Of a DNA stretch of 64,000 nucleotides, positions 11,786-25,300 are shown piece after piece. Numbering within the stretch: position 1 is the first letter of the stretch; the number at the start of each line of letters is the position of its first letter. Source of the stretch: Lytechinus pictus. Its lineage: Eukaryota. Under the pieces are notes generated by a model that saw only the letters and a list, made by a program, of their open reading frames with translations, searched no databases and was not told the origin of the DNA. Where the stretch lies: NCBI RefSeq assembly GCF_037042905.1, contig NC_087249.1, positions 9,426,001 through 9,490,000 on the forward strand. Reading direction: 5' to 3'. Both the position numbers and the translations under genes were made by a program.

Positions 11786-13389
11786 TAGGTCCTAAAATAA
11801 GTATTGCAGTCAACTGCAAATCTAGAATTGATTGCATGTCTGCTTCTTGTATAAAAAGTAGAAATATGTTTATCATTTTTAATTGATCTTTGCAATCAAT
11901 AATTGAAGTTATTTTCATGCTATGTTATGTTAAGCATTACACATATTTTTTAGTCAGTCCGGCATGGGTATTCAAATTCTTTCAAATACCCCTCTTTCTT
12001 TCTTTCTTTCTTTCTTTTATCTTGCCTGGCGTTACATACTTGTCAATAATGTTTGCTGAATGTGTTTTATTTGAATTTTAATAACATGCAATTGTATATA
12101 CCGAAATGTTCAATACTTTCTCAATGGTTCTTCTATAAGGGCTCGCATGCCTCTGGGCCATAGTACTTTTGCGAGCCCTGGCCCATGGAAAAAACATTTT
12201 CTTACTCTCTTCTTCTTTTCCTTAATTTCTACTTATCTATATTTAATCATTCAATTTCAAATTGTATTTTTGTATTTACATTTTACAATTTGTGTATGTT
12301 TTTTATGTCCAAATAAATAATACTATCAATATGACAAATGCTTGCAACATCTCTAAGTCTGTATGTACACGTCTCTTTGCCTACTAACCTGTTTTTTCTT
12401 TCTTTCTGAGACTCTATCTCGGTCTATTTTTTTTCTTTCTCTCTATGCCTTTCTTTTTCTCCACCTTCATTCCCCTCTGTTTACCATCCACTCATCTTTC
12501 TCATAAAATCTTTTTCTTATTTTCCCCTCTTTTCATTCATGTCTGCCTTTCACTCTCTCCAAACTCTTACCCCCCCCCCCCCCCGTATTAATCTCTTTTA
12601 TTAATCATGGATGTATCGGGTTGTTATTAAATCCCATCTCTATTGACCTTTAGTTTTCCTTTACAAGGAATGAGCACTACTAGAATATCCCTTTTTTTTA
12701 TTTTGTTTTACTCTGTTCTTTCTAATCAAACTAGATCTGCATTATCTTGGTTAATCTCACTCTCTTAGCTTGCAGTGGGTAATTTGTAAGAATGTATGAT
12801 TCATGATGAATCATTTCACCTCCTATATCCTCCATGAGGTTTTCTACCCCCACTGAATCCACTTCAACCTGTTGACTACCAAATCATCCTAGGGTTTTCT
12901 CAAATTTGTTAACTTAAAAAAGATGCTGATTTGTGTCATGCACATTTCTCTCGTTTCATAGAAAGAAGCAATTCTTTTTTTCTAAGAAATATTTGTTTCA
13001 GAGACTAGCAAAAACATGACACATCTGGAATGTGAAATAAGCAATTGATGAGAATTAGGATTATAACAATTTACCACACCAGATACACACTGTACTTGTT
13101 ATGAACTGAAAAGTATTAGCTACAGTTGAAATGGTGGAAGTTGAATTGCTGGGAGCAAAAAAACAAAAAGTCATCGAGTTCTCGCATATGCCACTGATAT
13201 CCAATTTTATGAGATAGTGCCCCTGCTGTGTTGCGCAAATTTGAGGAAACAGTAGGGCTGATCAAGTTAGCTAGGCTCTATATTCTTTAGACTTTCATTA
13301 CAGAATGGAAAAAAACCACATACTTGATTAATACACACCTGCATATTGCTAATTAAACCATTCATATTCTGGATAGCATCTGCCACCAG

Positions 13390-13545
13390 GGGAGCATTTC
13401 ATGAAAGGACTTGTCAGACGTTTTATCCGACAAGTACCATTTTATCCGACAGTTACCATAGTAACAGTGCCTCACAGCCAATCAGGGTCTGGGAAAGATG
13501 TCAGATCTGACAAATTGTCGGACAAAAATGTTGATGAAACAGTCC
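13390..13545. mobile_element. MITE (Harbinger-like, CAG target duplication)
   Basis: cag|GGGAGCATTTCATGAAA...TTGATGAAACAGTCCC|cag; a related reversed fragment lies at about 30690-30808. Confidence 0.7.
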
Positions 13546-13698
13546 CCAGGTTTACCAAGAAAATTCTTTTCCACTGAAGCCTGTTTAAATTCTCTTGACT
13601 TGTAAATCAGATTAATCTTGTAAACATCCAAAATATAGTTACCTGCAATCAGTGAAACTGTATCATTAAGTCTGAACCATGGTGAATACGTATATGTA

Positions 13699-13919
13699 CA
13701 CTGCAAAAACTCTGGTGTTGATTTAACACCAGCCCGGAATCTATATATGTCCACACCAGAGAAGTGTTAAACAACACCAGTTTCGTTTTCGTCTAACACC
13801 AGATTAGTATCAAAACAGCATCGGTTTGATTCCAAACTGGTGTTGTTTCAATACTTCTCTGGTGTGGACATATATAGATTCCGGGCTTGTGTTAAATCAA
13901 CACCGGAGTTTTTGCAGTG
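13699..13919. mobile_element. Palindromic MITE with CACTG termini and TA flanks
   Basis: ta|CACTGCAAAAACTCTGGTGTTGATTTAACAC...GTGTTAAATCAACACCGGAGTTTTTGCAGTG|ta; arms about 85 bp. Confidence 0.92.
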
Positions 13920-16900
13920 TATATATTCCACATTTACAAAAATGTATCAAATGTGCAAATTACAGTAAGGGTATCAAAAACATGAAGAAAAAAATGAAAA
14001 AAAGGTATCTAATTTTGTGGTATCGAGAATTGGAAGATAGGCGGAAAAGGTAGGAAATTTTGAGGTGTCTTTCAATACCATGCAAGAAATAGAATCCCTG
14101 TCTAAAAGCTTGAATACAAAGTAGGCTCCTGTGTATGCATTGCATCCTACAATAAAAAAAACTGAGAATGGATAATGATGTATTATAATTAATCACAAAT
14201 ATACATATCATTGAAAAGCCAAGTCTCCTCTTCAGTTTCATGTAACTTACATGATTCCTCATTCACATCCGAGTGAGTGAAACAATTTGAAGAAAGAATA
14301 CCACAATTCATTTGGGAGACAGTGTCTTTATTTGATATCATTATTAAATTAAAAGGCCCTGTTACATCGTTCCGTGCAAGCCTTGCATGTGCGTGTGACT
14401 TGGGGGTTACTATTTTTGCTACCCGCAAGTTGCCCGCATTGACAGTAGGCCTGGCTCTGTGTCTTGCTACTGTAGGCTACTGTATCGCATGTTAATCAAG
14501 TCAATGGATATGATAACTTAAAACCTCTCCTATTTTCTCCCCCCCCCCATACCATTAACGACGAAGATGCTCACTTAAGCAACGACTGGACCACCGTAAC
14601 CTAGTAACGTCACATTCCCCGTTGCCAACCAATCAAAATGGAGGCAATACAAAGCTATACTTGGGAGATGCCATCACTTCTAATTTTTCCTTCTAGTGGT
14701 ACTATGCCATAGCACTGAACCTACTCAATGATATCAAGGGTATAAATTGTTCAACTATCATGAATAAAATATGATTAATAATATTGAGAGTCAAAATGGT
14801 ATGTTTTTTTTCTCAAAATGCCCATTAGCAAGGGTACAGTTTATTTTACTACTTATATTTTTTTCAGAAGAATCATTATATGTTAAATGAGCTATAATTA
14901 AGTCTGTATTGATAAATATTTCAGTGAAACAAAGAAAGTGTTTTCCTTCCCTATTCTGCTTGGGCTCAAGCATCATCACAGTCATTAAAAGTTCAGGCGT
15001 CAAACTTAATTTTCCTATGTCTTGTAAACATTTAGTCTTCTATGGATAATAATGTATCAAACTGTTACTCCAAATTGAAATAATTGTTTAGAAAAAAATG
15101 TTGAGAGAGCATATTTTTATTCATCCTCACTGCTCAAAATTGTGAATTTCAAGCAAAACTTTACTAACCATCGGAATCCAATTTTTCTTTTGTTTATTAT
15201 AGATATATATTCAGGTATATATATATATATATATTTTCTTTCTTTCTTTTTTGGGGGCCTCAATATGCCTCTGTTGCAATATTGGCCAAATTTGAATATG
15301 TAAAGATTCAGATTTCTTAGATTGGTAAAATATTTTATGAAAAAAATTCCTGGAATCATGTAAGTTGAGCTTGATCTGAACCAAAATAATAATCATAATA
15401 TGAAACACGAAGGAAATTGCTTCATTTTATTTTACTTTTCATCAATACAGAAGCCCTTTCACCAATAAGTTTGGTAATATGAGGAATTAGTATTGAACAT
15501 GTACATGTTTGTGCATTGTAAAGTTGACATGTCTTTGATGTTTTCCCTGCCCCCTTCTATTTCACTCTCCCCCCCCCTTCCCTCTCTCTCTCCCTCACTC
15601 TCTCACATTGAATTTATGTGGTTGATCAGAAAGCAGTAGCTGACTACAAGTCTTCATAAAAAATAAAATAATCATTAAATCTCAAATTATTCCTTCTTTT
15701 ACATTTTCCCTTTCCTCTCTCCATCTAAAAATGCAGTAATTGGCATGTCTGACGTCAGGTCTCTTAGAGACAGGAATAAAAACAATACAGCCAGGCGAGA
15801 CTCCTTGAAAATAAAAGCATACAAAACACTAGAATCCCATTTTAATGAGGAAAGATGTTCTCAGCTCCTAGTACAAGTATCCAATTTTGTGCATTCTGGA
15901 CCAAACAAGAGAAGGAAATTAGGTGAGTGCTTGTTTCTGCATCACACGGTATAAAACCAATGTATGAAAACATTGTACGAAAAATGGTAACCCATCTCAT
16001 GAAATTTTGCCATAATGAGAAATGGAAATGAGATATGAAGTAATATGTATTCCATGCACATTTTTTTATGCACAACCATAATATCAAGAGCAAAAGGGTT
16101 TTAACCAATGAAAATGGCATTAGCTAATGATGACATCTACAGATCTGTGATTAAATTATATGAGGAAATACACGACAAATGACCCCAAAATTGTCATAAA
16201 CACCCTATCAAGTTTTAAAAGAGCAAGGAAAAAATTAAACAGGAACTTGGGGCAATTTTTGCCCCCTGAAATGCTCAAAACAGCCCTGAAAAATTAAAAA
16301 AAAAGCACTGGAAAATCCCCAATCGCACTGCCAAGTTAAAGCTTACCTAAAGTAGCAGATTTAGGCAGTACATTATGAAAATAGCCCCCGGAAATAAAAA
16401 TAATAGATATGTTGCTTGCCTCTAAAATGTAATAAGCATGCCTATCAAGACTTTATAAAAGACAGCTATAATTGGTACACAGTAAAAAAAGAAATAGCAC
16501 ATTGTGTAATCTTTTCACTCTAACAACAAGTTGTTTAAACATTTTTGTAATTGTTTAAACTTTTAAACAACTTGTTTAAAAATGTTTAAACAGTTGTCTA
16601 AAAAGTTTGTCTAAACAATAGTTGTTAGAGTGATAGGCTTAAACAACGTGCTGAAAATTTTAAACCACATTCTTACAGTGGACTATCTTCAAAACAAAAC
16701 AAATACAAATAAGAAAACAAACTCTGTAAAGACACCACATCCCCCTTCCCAAATAATTGCACATCAGTTCATTACAATTAAAACATTTGTTAATTGTGAA
16801 GTAATCTTTGAAAGAATTTGATTTAGATCACTAGAAATATGCTTTTCTTTACCACATGAACATCCTATTCTGGCTCTTCATATTGTTTCGAGAGTTGTGT

Positions 16901-17114
16901 CAAATATTTAGCATGAATTTGTGAAACAACCCCTCCCCCCCCTTCCTCCTTTTTGTCAACAAAATGGGATTGCCAACTTAAGTTATGGTAAATGAGTCAA
17001 GTCTTGAAACAGTGATTAAGTATAATTTTAAGTAAATTATTCTAAAGTATATTTTGGGGCCGTATTTCAAGTAAGGTTTCTCCAAAACGATTGTCTTCTG
17101 CATGTATTGAACCT

Positions 17115-17321
17115 GGGGGATGTTTCACAAAGTTTTAGCTTTAGTTTTTGTATGACTTAAGGTCGTACACGATATGCAACGTGCAATCTTATTGATTAAC
17201 ACGCAGTAGTGTGCGTCCTCTTGGCATGATTTGACCAATGCGGTGATGTCTTTTATACCGGACGCAACTAGGCATTTAAGGATACTCTAAGTCATACTTA
17301 AATCTTTGTGAAGCACCCCCC
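17115..17321. mobile_element. MITE (Harbinger-like)
   Basis: GGGGGATGTTTCACAAAG...CTTTGTGAAGCACCCCCC. Confidence 0.75.
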
Positions 17322-17392
17322 AGATCATAATAATATTTCAATACTAAAATACTAGTTTCATATCTTCATTAGATGTCACTACCATAGTCTTT

Positions 17393-17662
17393 TAATAATA
17401 ATAGCTGGATTTATAAAGCACTTTTTGCCTGAGGATAAGAAGTGCTGCTATTATTACCCCGGCCTTAGCTCGAGCTACCATCATCAGCGCTCAGTGCATG
17501 CAAGGAATTAATTCTGCCGGGTACCCATTCACCTCCCCTGGGTCGAGTGCAGCACAGTGTGGATCAATTTCCTGCTGAAGGAAAACACGCCTTGGCTAGG
17601 ATTTGAACCCAGAACTCTCTGTTTGAAAGACAAGAGACAGAACCACTAGACCACTACGCACC
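17393..17662 (-). mobile_element. Full-length tRNA-derived SINE
   Basis: A box TGGTCTAGTGG, B box GGTTCAAATCC, core TGTGCTGCACTCGACCCAGG...AATGGGTACCCGGC, (ATT)n tail; same family as 45391-45660. Confidence 0.85.
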
Positions 17663-18858
17663 CACCCCATTTTACACATGATCGTTGTAATGGCGATGAC
17701 CATTGATTAGCTACACATTTATACAAACCAGTGGGGTGTTTTACACAGCTGTTTGTAAGTTAAGAGTGACTTTACACTCTAAATGCAAAAGAGTTAATCT
17801 GGTCCCTCACCATACTCCTCTCAGAGTGAAATGAGGGACCAGTCATTTTGTAGCGGGATTTACATCATTTGTGAGTGCATTCTAGCTCCTTGTGTGAAGT
17901 TCAGCATATCATAGAACACATCTTAACATGTTTTTTTTCAAGGTTCTATTGTTTCTGGGTAACATGGCTTAGCCGAATCAATGTTGACAGGTAATGCAGG
18001 CCGGGCTCTGAACTTCTGCAGATATATGAAGATTAATAGTACTTCTGGCAGGCTAAGCCTACAATACAGGAACAGATTAACACAGAATTGTGGCCGTTTT
18101 GACCCAAAATGGGCCGTGAAAAATAAATTAAAGCTTCTAATATATCTTTATGCAATGGTACCCTGACATGCGTGGCATGCTGCTATTCGTTGCTATTGTA
18201 GTCCTTTCTTCAAATTTTGTATACGCACTACAAAGCTGAAACAAGTCATTAATTTTCTGTTCCATCTCTAATCTGTTGAAAGCCGCTTTATAAAAAAATG
18301 AATAAAAATAAGGATTATAGCTTGAATTGCTATTTAATATTTTTGTATTAATGTATTGTGTACTTATTCTCTTCAATGATCAATGCATGGGATGTTTTAG
18401 AGATTTTTTATATACAGTAGATGATGAGAAGAACATTTAAACTGTTAGGAATCTAATATATCGACCACTGTCTTCAGTTAACTCTACCCTACGTTTTAAT
18501 ATGCAAATAGATTCAGTACAGTAACTTTAATACTCCACCCTCCATCTTCAAACAGGTACAATTTCACAAGAACGGGAAAATTTAAACGAAATTCTAAGAA
18601 TGGTTCATTTTTATTAATGCATTTTTTTTTCTAAGCAATCCCCTAGAAATGTGTAGTGAAAAAAGAATAAACCACTGAGAATTTTTATTCTATTTTATCT
18701 AATAATCATTAAGCTTTTTTCACTACTGAGGAATTTTGGAGATGCTTATGGAATGACAAGTTCTTACGTAGTGTACTTATGAATTGTCGTTACTCTGAAA
18801 TGCTCTTCATCAAGTGATTGGATTAGAAGTCATTTGAAGTGCTGCAAGTATTATGAAG

Positions 18859-19020
18859 TGTCGTGTCAGTGCCAGAACGCACTTAACGCCACACTTTTGT
18901 GCATCACATGCATGAAAAACGCCCTTAGCAACACGTACAGGTGCATTCAATAAAGCCGTTTCTGCACCAATGAGGTACACAAAAATGTTTAGCTAAGCGT
19001 GTTCTTGAACTGACACAACA
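18859..19020. mobile_element. Degenerate palindromic MITE
   Basis: TGTCGTGTCAGTGCCAGAACGCACTTA pairs with TAAGCGTGTTCTTGAACTGACACAACA. Confidence 0.65.
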
Positions 19021-19265
19021 AAATATGTGTTATAGTTGCAGAAATTGCCCCTGTTGCCAATTGCCAATGTTTTATACATATGTTTTCCCGGCTTTAGGCC
19101 AGTAGAACTTGAATATATATATATTTTTCCAGTACCTAGTTATATGTATAGCATCAAGATAATGTCAAATAGTCATGGAAATGACTTACATACCACAGAC
19201 TTATTTTTTATTCATAAATAAAGATAGCCTATCGACAATTGAAATATATAAATATAGCCTGATTT

Positions 19266-19395
19266 GGGGCCCATAACACAAAGCTTAGCAATCATTGTAG
19301 AACATTTTTTACGATTGATGGCATTGACTATAATGTACAATCAATCGTGAAAATCAAGCCTAATATTAATTGCTAACCTTTGCGTTACAGACCTT
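19266..19395. mobile_element. MITE family, copy 1
   Basis: GGCCCATAACACAAAGC...CTTTGCGTTACAGACC; similar to 21043-21159. Confidence 0.7.
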
Positions 19396-21042
19396 GGACA
19401 CATTCAACAGGTTATGGAATTTCAATTCAAAATCTACTTCTCCTCTTCAAATGACATCAAAAAGGGCTGGCAACATTTCCCACAATTCCTCTGAATAAAT
19501 CCAATTAACTTTTTTTCTTTAAAAAAGGCTCCATGGCCAAAGCATGACGGATCAAAATCTTAATGGAGTTGGAGATTAAGCGAAAGAGGGCTGACCTTTA
19601 CTTGCCTTTCCTCTCCAATTGGGAGATAGTCATCGCAAGAGTGATTACAAGATTATTGAGTTGGCAGCTAGATACCTTGTAGGAAAAAGGTTTCCAGCTT
19701 GCTCTTCTCGCCGGTCGATTTTCCAACGCTTCATCAACCATTTATCCGAGCTTCATTTCCCATGCTAACAAACTTTTTAAGTAACCTCTTTCTTTGACCC
19801 AACACCTCAGTCAACACTTGTTATTTAAGATTCAACTACAAAAGGAATGTTCTAAAAAGTAACAAAGATGGCCTAGTTCCTACCTTCAAAGCCCAAATTT
19901 GTATTAAAAAAAAAGGTTAAAAACTGAGTCATACAATAACCTACAAAATACAAAAGTCAAAAACTTGCTCATACGTACACACACTAACAAAAAAAGTAAA
20001 ATAATCACGTCTGATTCAGTTTGCCTCTGTTTTGACAAATATAAACAAAATCCCTGTAAATCTACACTGACTACAAAATCTCTATGTATGGGTATGTTCT
20101 CATACAGCAGCCCACATGGTGCCTCATACCCTTCCACATGGGTTGAGATGAAGGATTGAGTCAATGCTGAAAGGATAATGAGGTTATATATACAAATGGG
20201 TCATTGTAAATGAAGATAAAGACGTGATATCTGAAATAGAATCTATTTAAAAGCAGAGTTCACTTGGATTTCTTTACACAGAAACAATCTGTGGATGTTT
20301 CAGTTCACACTTTATCTAGGTTAAAAGAACATTGGGCTTATTGGGATGCGCTATCAAACAAGAAGGAAGCGAATAAAAGGGACATTTAAAACAATATTGA
20401 TATAGTCTCAACTTTATTAGAGCATACATCCCTTGTGGCTAAAATCATTTGGTTGTCATGGTAATTACAGAACAAGATCCATAGTTTGCCTCTATTGCTA
20501 AAATACAATGGGACAAAAAAATGGCTTCAAATCCCTCCAATCATCAAATGCTTTTGTAAATCCAGCTTTGATTACTTTACTAATATTCAATGTATCAAAC
20601 CTGCATAAATATTTTCCCTAATTGAATTATTCTCTTCCATTTCACACTTAGCTACATGTATTTTTTTTTTTTACAATGCAAGAAAGTCCACAGACCTTGT
20701 CAAATATTGTAAACGTCAAATATATATACATACTGTATGTAGATAATGAAAAATGGATTTTCTAAATTCATAATTAACAGTGAGATGAAATCAAACTTCA
20801 TTGCTAATTATAAAATTCATTCTTTTTAATGAAAATAAATACTGTAGTTTCTGTATACCATACTGAAGGGGGAAAAGTTGGCACATGCAGACAGCATATT
20901 TCCTTTTCATAGATCTACATGTATTCACTGCTGGTTAAGATGCATTGATTTCCATTCTGCAGTGAAGATGGTGGGTAATTTTCCTTGAAACTGAATATAC
21001 CCCCATGTCTACTCAAACTACACCTCATGTTCATGAATCCTG

Positions 21043-21159
21043 AGGCCCATAACACAAAGCTATAGCAATCATCGTTAGGACTGTTTGCATTGACTATAAC
21101 ATACAATTCATCGTGAAATCAAGCGTACGATCAATCGCTATCCTTTGTATTACAGGATC
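21043..21159. mobile_element. MITE family, copy 2
   Basis: AGGCCCATAACACAAAG...CTTTGTATTACAGGATC flanked by ctg. Confidence 0.7.
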
Positions 21160-21350
21160 CTGATGCTCCTAAAGATTCAAATCACTGACTTTTGTGTAAC
21201 CCAAGAGATACTGATTCCAAGAATATCCTACTTAAGGGAAAAAAGTACTTGAAAGTACAAGTTACAAGGGGCTAATGAGAAAATATGAAATATGGGACGC
21301 ATCATTACTCTACTCTTTCCTAGATATTACAACTGGAATCAGTCATTCTA

Positions 21351-22329
21351 CAGTGCGTATCAAAAAAAAGTTTACACTTAGAAAAAATCCTGTAAAATGA
21401 TACATTTGTAATATCCTGAAGATTTTTCCACATTTTAACATTGGTACAGATCCATTTAATCAAATGACGATATAACTGTCGAAAAATATTTCCGCTTGAG
21501 TGAGCACCACTTACTTTTGAAAAGCTGGTGAAAAATGATTTGCGCAGAACTTTGAAATAGTCATGCAAATAAAAGAAGACCTTAATCATGAAGAACACGT
21601 GGAATTTAGCTAGTAAAACTGATTTGAAGATCTTTTTAACCTTTTTTAACTTGTTTCCTTTCCCAAAACCCTTCGAAGACTGCATTGCATCCCAACCCAC
21701 TCCCCCACACACCGTCGTGACGATATTTGCTTTACACTGAGCTGTGAATTACATGAAATAACCTATGCTTGATTTTCATTGTGTTAATCATTTTCAAGCT
21801 TGGGAAAAGTGTGGAGAAACAAGTATTAAATGAAAAATGAAATGTAAACCCACTTTAAATGATAAAAACTTAGTGAAAAAAATGCTGGAGATGTCTGATA
21901 TTAACTTTTCTTCAGATTCAGTTATGTCCTCAGATCCACCTGGCACAAAAATGGTAAAGGTTGTGCTTACTAAGTGTTGAAATTTCAATTTGGGTGGAAA
22001 ATTGTTACAAAAGGGCTGAATGTATCCGTTTTATTTCAATTGACTGAAAGTGCAAGGGAAATGTATGAGAAATTTTTTGCAAGGTAAGTTTGATTTCGCC
22101 CTTTCCCCTTGACACAACGTGAAAACAAGCATTTCTGCGCAAACAGATTTCTGCGAGCTTTACAAAAATGGACAGTGCTCACTCAAGTGTAACATTCTGT
22201 CAAAACTTTTACTTTCATTTGATAGATGAGACCCAAACCCAAGATTATATGTCAAAAAATAACCCACATGTATATTTTTTAATTCCCAGAGCTTTTTCAA
22301 ACTGTAAACCTTTTTTTTAATACGCACTG
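21351..22329. mobile_element. Non-autonomous Tc1/mariner-like element with long imperfect TIRs
   Basis: ta|CAGTGCGTATCAAAAAAAAGTTTACA...TGTAAACCTTTTTTTTAATACGCACTG; internal inverted blocks CTTGAGTGAGCAC / GTGCTCACTCAAG. Confidence 0.85.
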
Positions 22330-25300
22330 TTGAATTCTACATCCTATCCAGATGAGCCATTCATGCCACGGTCATCTTAGCAAAATGGATCCCAGACCCC
22401 AGCTATTTTCAATTTCTAACAATTCTTCAGTTTTGTTGGTTTAATTGTAACAATGAATTCACATGTAGCATCATCTGAACCCACACACTCTTAAATTTTG
22501 AGGCTAAACCCTTTTAGGGATAATGAATTTAATTGAAGCCCTGGTTTGAGCAGTTCTTATTCATCAAATTTTCAACATTGGTATTCTTTTGCTCATTTTC
22601 CTTGTATAATAAACAAATGAACTTAGAAGTTTAGACTCTGTAATTTTGACATCTGCATCATGTTGCCAATTTAATAATTTTAGTGATTATTTTCCTTCTA
22701 ACATTTTAGTATAGGCCTGCCTAGTATGAAAGATCATGATGCAATGTGACAATAGAAATTACATGTTTGTTCATTTGTTTTTATGATTCTTCAATCTCAT
22801 GAATATTATACTACTTTTAGGACTCCACACACAAAAATATCAAAATTAAAAATTTAAAAAAATGGGCCAAACTACAAAATATGGTCATCCTGGACAGGAG
22901 TTCTCAACGTAACGCCAGACTAATTAAACACAGAACAAGATTTTACAATGGATTGCATCGGCTACAATCAATTTTGAAAAACATCTAAACAAACAGTCGC
23001 TAAGCTTAGTGTTACAGACCCTAAATGGGTTAATTTGTATTTACGCAATCTTCAAGGACACAAATTAATCCCCATTGCTCAGGTTATTTTCATCAGTATC
23101 GAAGGCAAACCTAGATCCCATTAAATGATTCGTGAAAACATCATTTCCCTTGAGAACAAAACGACAATCAAACTGTTTATTTGTCCGCCAATATCTTGCA
23201 CAAACAAATCATCCTCTCTCTCTCCCTCAATGTAGGATGAATTTGTAGATTTTTTTGGTTGCAGTATGGACTGTGCTAGTTTCACAACGGGTCATATGAA
23301 AAACTCCTCATTATTATAAAAACAAATTAATTTCAAGGTCTATCTTAATAGAAGAGGGAGGATGGATCTTGTACAGATTTTCTAGACTTGAAATTAATTA
23401 GAATTTAAGAAATAAATAACAGTGATTTTGCATACTGCGAGCCTGCATAAATTTTCCACATTCTAAGCAGTATATAAGGGGTTTAAGGACCGAGCCATCC
23501 TTTCCCTATGCATTAAAAAGGACTTTATGCACTTGCAATGTCATCTTCATCATAAATAATTTCTTTCTATGGAAGAACTGGTTTATGCATGTTATAAAGT
23601 AAAATCACAGCAAACTCCTATCGTTTCATTTCCTCCTAAAGAAAAAATCTTCAAAATACTCCTAAAAGCACGCCTAGTTGCTTAACATCATCCAACCTTA
23701 TTATAACCATAGTCACATGTAGCGGGAAGTGGATCCACTCCCACGCGCAGCGGCTCGAGCCGGATTTTCAAACGATCATGAGCCCCGCTTCTTGTAAATC
23801 CCAAAGTGATTGAGCAATAAGGCGGAAAAGATGAATATGTAAATTGATTGTGATGGCAAGACACACACTAAAAAAATCAAATACTCTGTGACCTCAATCT
23901 TGCATGAACAATTAATGTTGTCAATGACATTGCCTATTTATCTATTTATTATACTATTTACTTAGTATTTGGTTAAACTACTTTCTTATCTAACTCTTGA
24001 TTACATTGGATATATGTTTTTGTGACTCTAAGCAATAGTATTACTGAAATCTTTGATATAACTGTAAATTTACTGTAGGCTTTTATTTCCAAAGAAAAAG
24101 ACTCAAAATGCTCAAAATTACTTTTCCAGAGCAATATATGTGATAAAATGATACTTTCAATAATTTCCAACTCATAAATTATGTTGGCATCTCTTTTCCT
24201 TTATTCAGAGGTATTCATTTTGTGCATTTTCTTCAAATGAATAGGAAATTCATGAAATCATTCCAATGTGATATCAATCTTTCTTTTATTCCAGCCCCAC
24301 CACTCAACTTCCGGTTAACATCTTTCACAATACATCATTTGAATGTACATGCATGACCAAGAATCCTCAATACCTCACATGGGATTTCTTATACTCATAT
24401 AATGCAAGCACGTTCAAACCATAATTTTCATCCTTACCTTTCATGCCTGATTAGGATGAAAGACTCTTTTAAGCTAAATCCTTGATGCAACGAGACACCA
24501 ACATCAAGCTTGCATATTTTAATAACAGGTATCGTTGTATACCATTCTTCATTTAATGGTCCGCCAATGATTAACTTTCTCCGACATCCGACCCAACCTC
24601 ATTCCTATTCTTGGCTATATTGTAAATGCAATACCCTTCTGTTGCCTTTTCGATCGCTTAGCATTACACTCTTTCAGTGTCTATTATTTCTCCAGTATAA
24701 TCCATCGAGCCCCTGCAATAAGGTCGTTACCATGACTGCATATATCAATAAATATTTTTCTTCATGATTATGTAGTGCATATTTTGTAAACTAGTCATGT
24801 TTTCTGAACAATAAAAGGTACCAAGATATATCAAAAAAGGGGATTTTTTTTGCTATACATGTAAGTATATCATCAGACAGTAATCAAGGATTTGTTGTTT
24901 TTTCACCTCCCCTATCACTGCATGATCTTTTCACTTGTTAGTGTGTGTCTTTGTGTTGCCAAGGTCCTAATTACATGTATGTATTTCGTGACATTTTCAG
25001 ATGTCACCCCCCCCCTCTCCATTCTTGCCCCACCCTAAAAAACTTTCTATCAATGTGTCTATCAATCTCCCCTTTCCATATCTTGTCTTCTTTGTATCAC
25101 CTCTTCACCTTTCTTCCTATATGCCCCCTCTCCCACTATTTGTTGCTTGTGTCCCTTTCCGTATTATCCCCCTCCCATATTGGACCACTTTACTTTCCCC
25201 ATCCCTGTCCCCCCCCCCACTCACCCTTTTCAATTCTTTGTGTGCCCTCTAAAACTAGCTCCTTCTTTCCCTAACCTCCCAAATAACTTTCTCTTCCCAT

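Noticed and set aside
11460..11795. Overlapping hydrophobic ORFs (also 24945-25274, 25575-25955, 63021-63246)
   Set aside because: Products of CT-rich or AT-rich low-complexity tracts lacking stop codons.
24438..24446. 9-nt microexon candidate cAG|GCATGAAAG|GTAAGG
   Set aside because: In-frame TGA in phase 0 and the branch-like motif is too close to the AG; only a poison-exon role remains possible and is unsupported.
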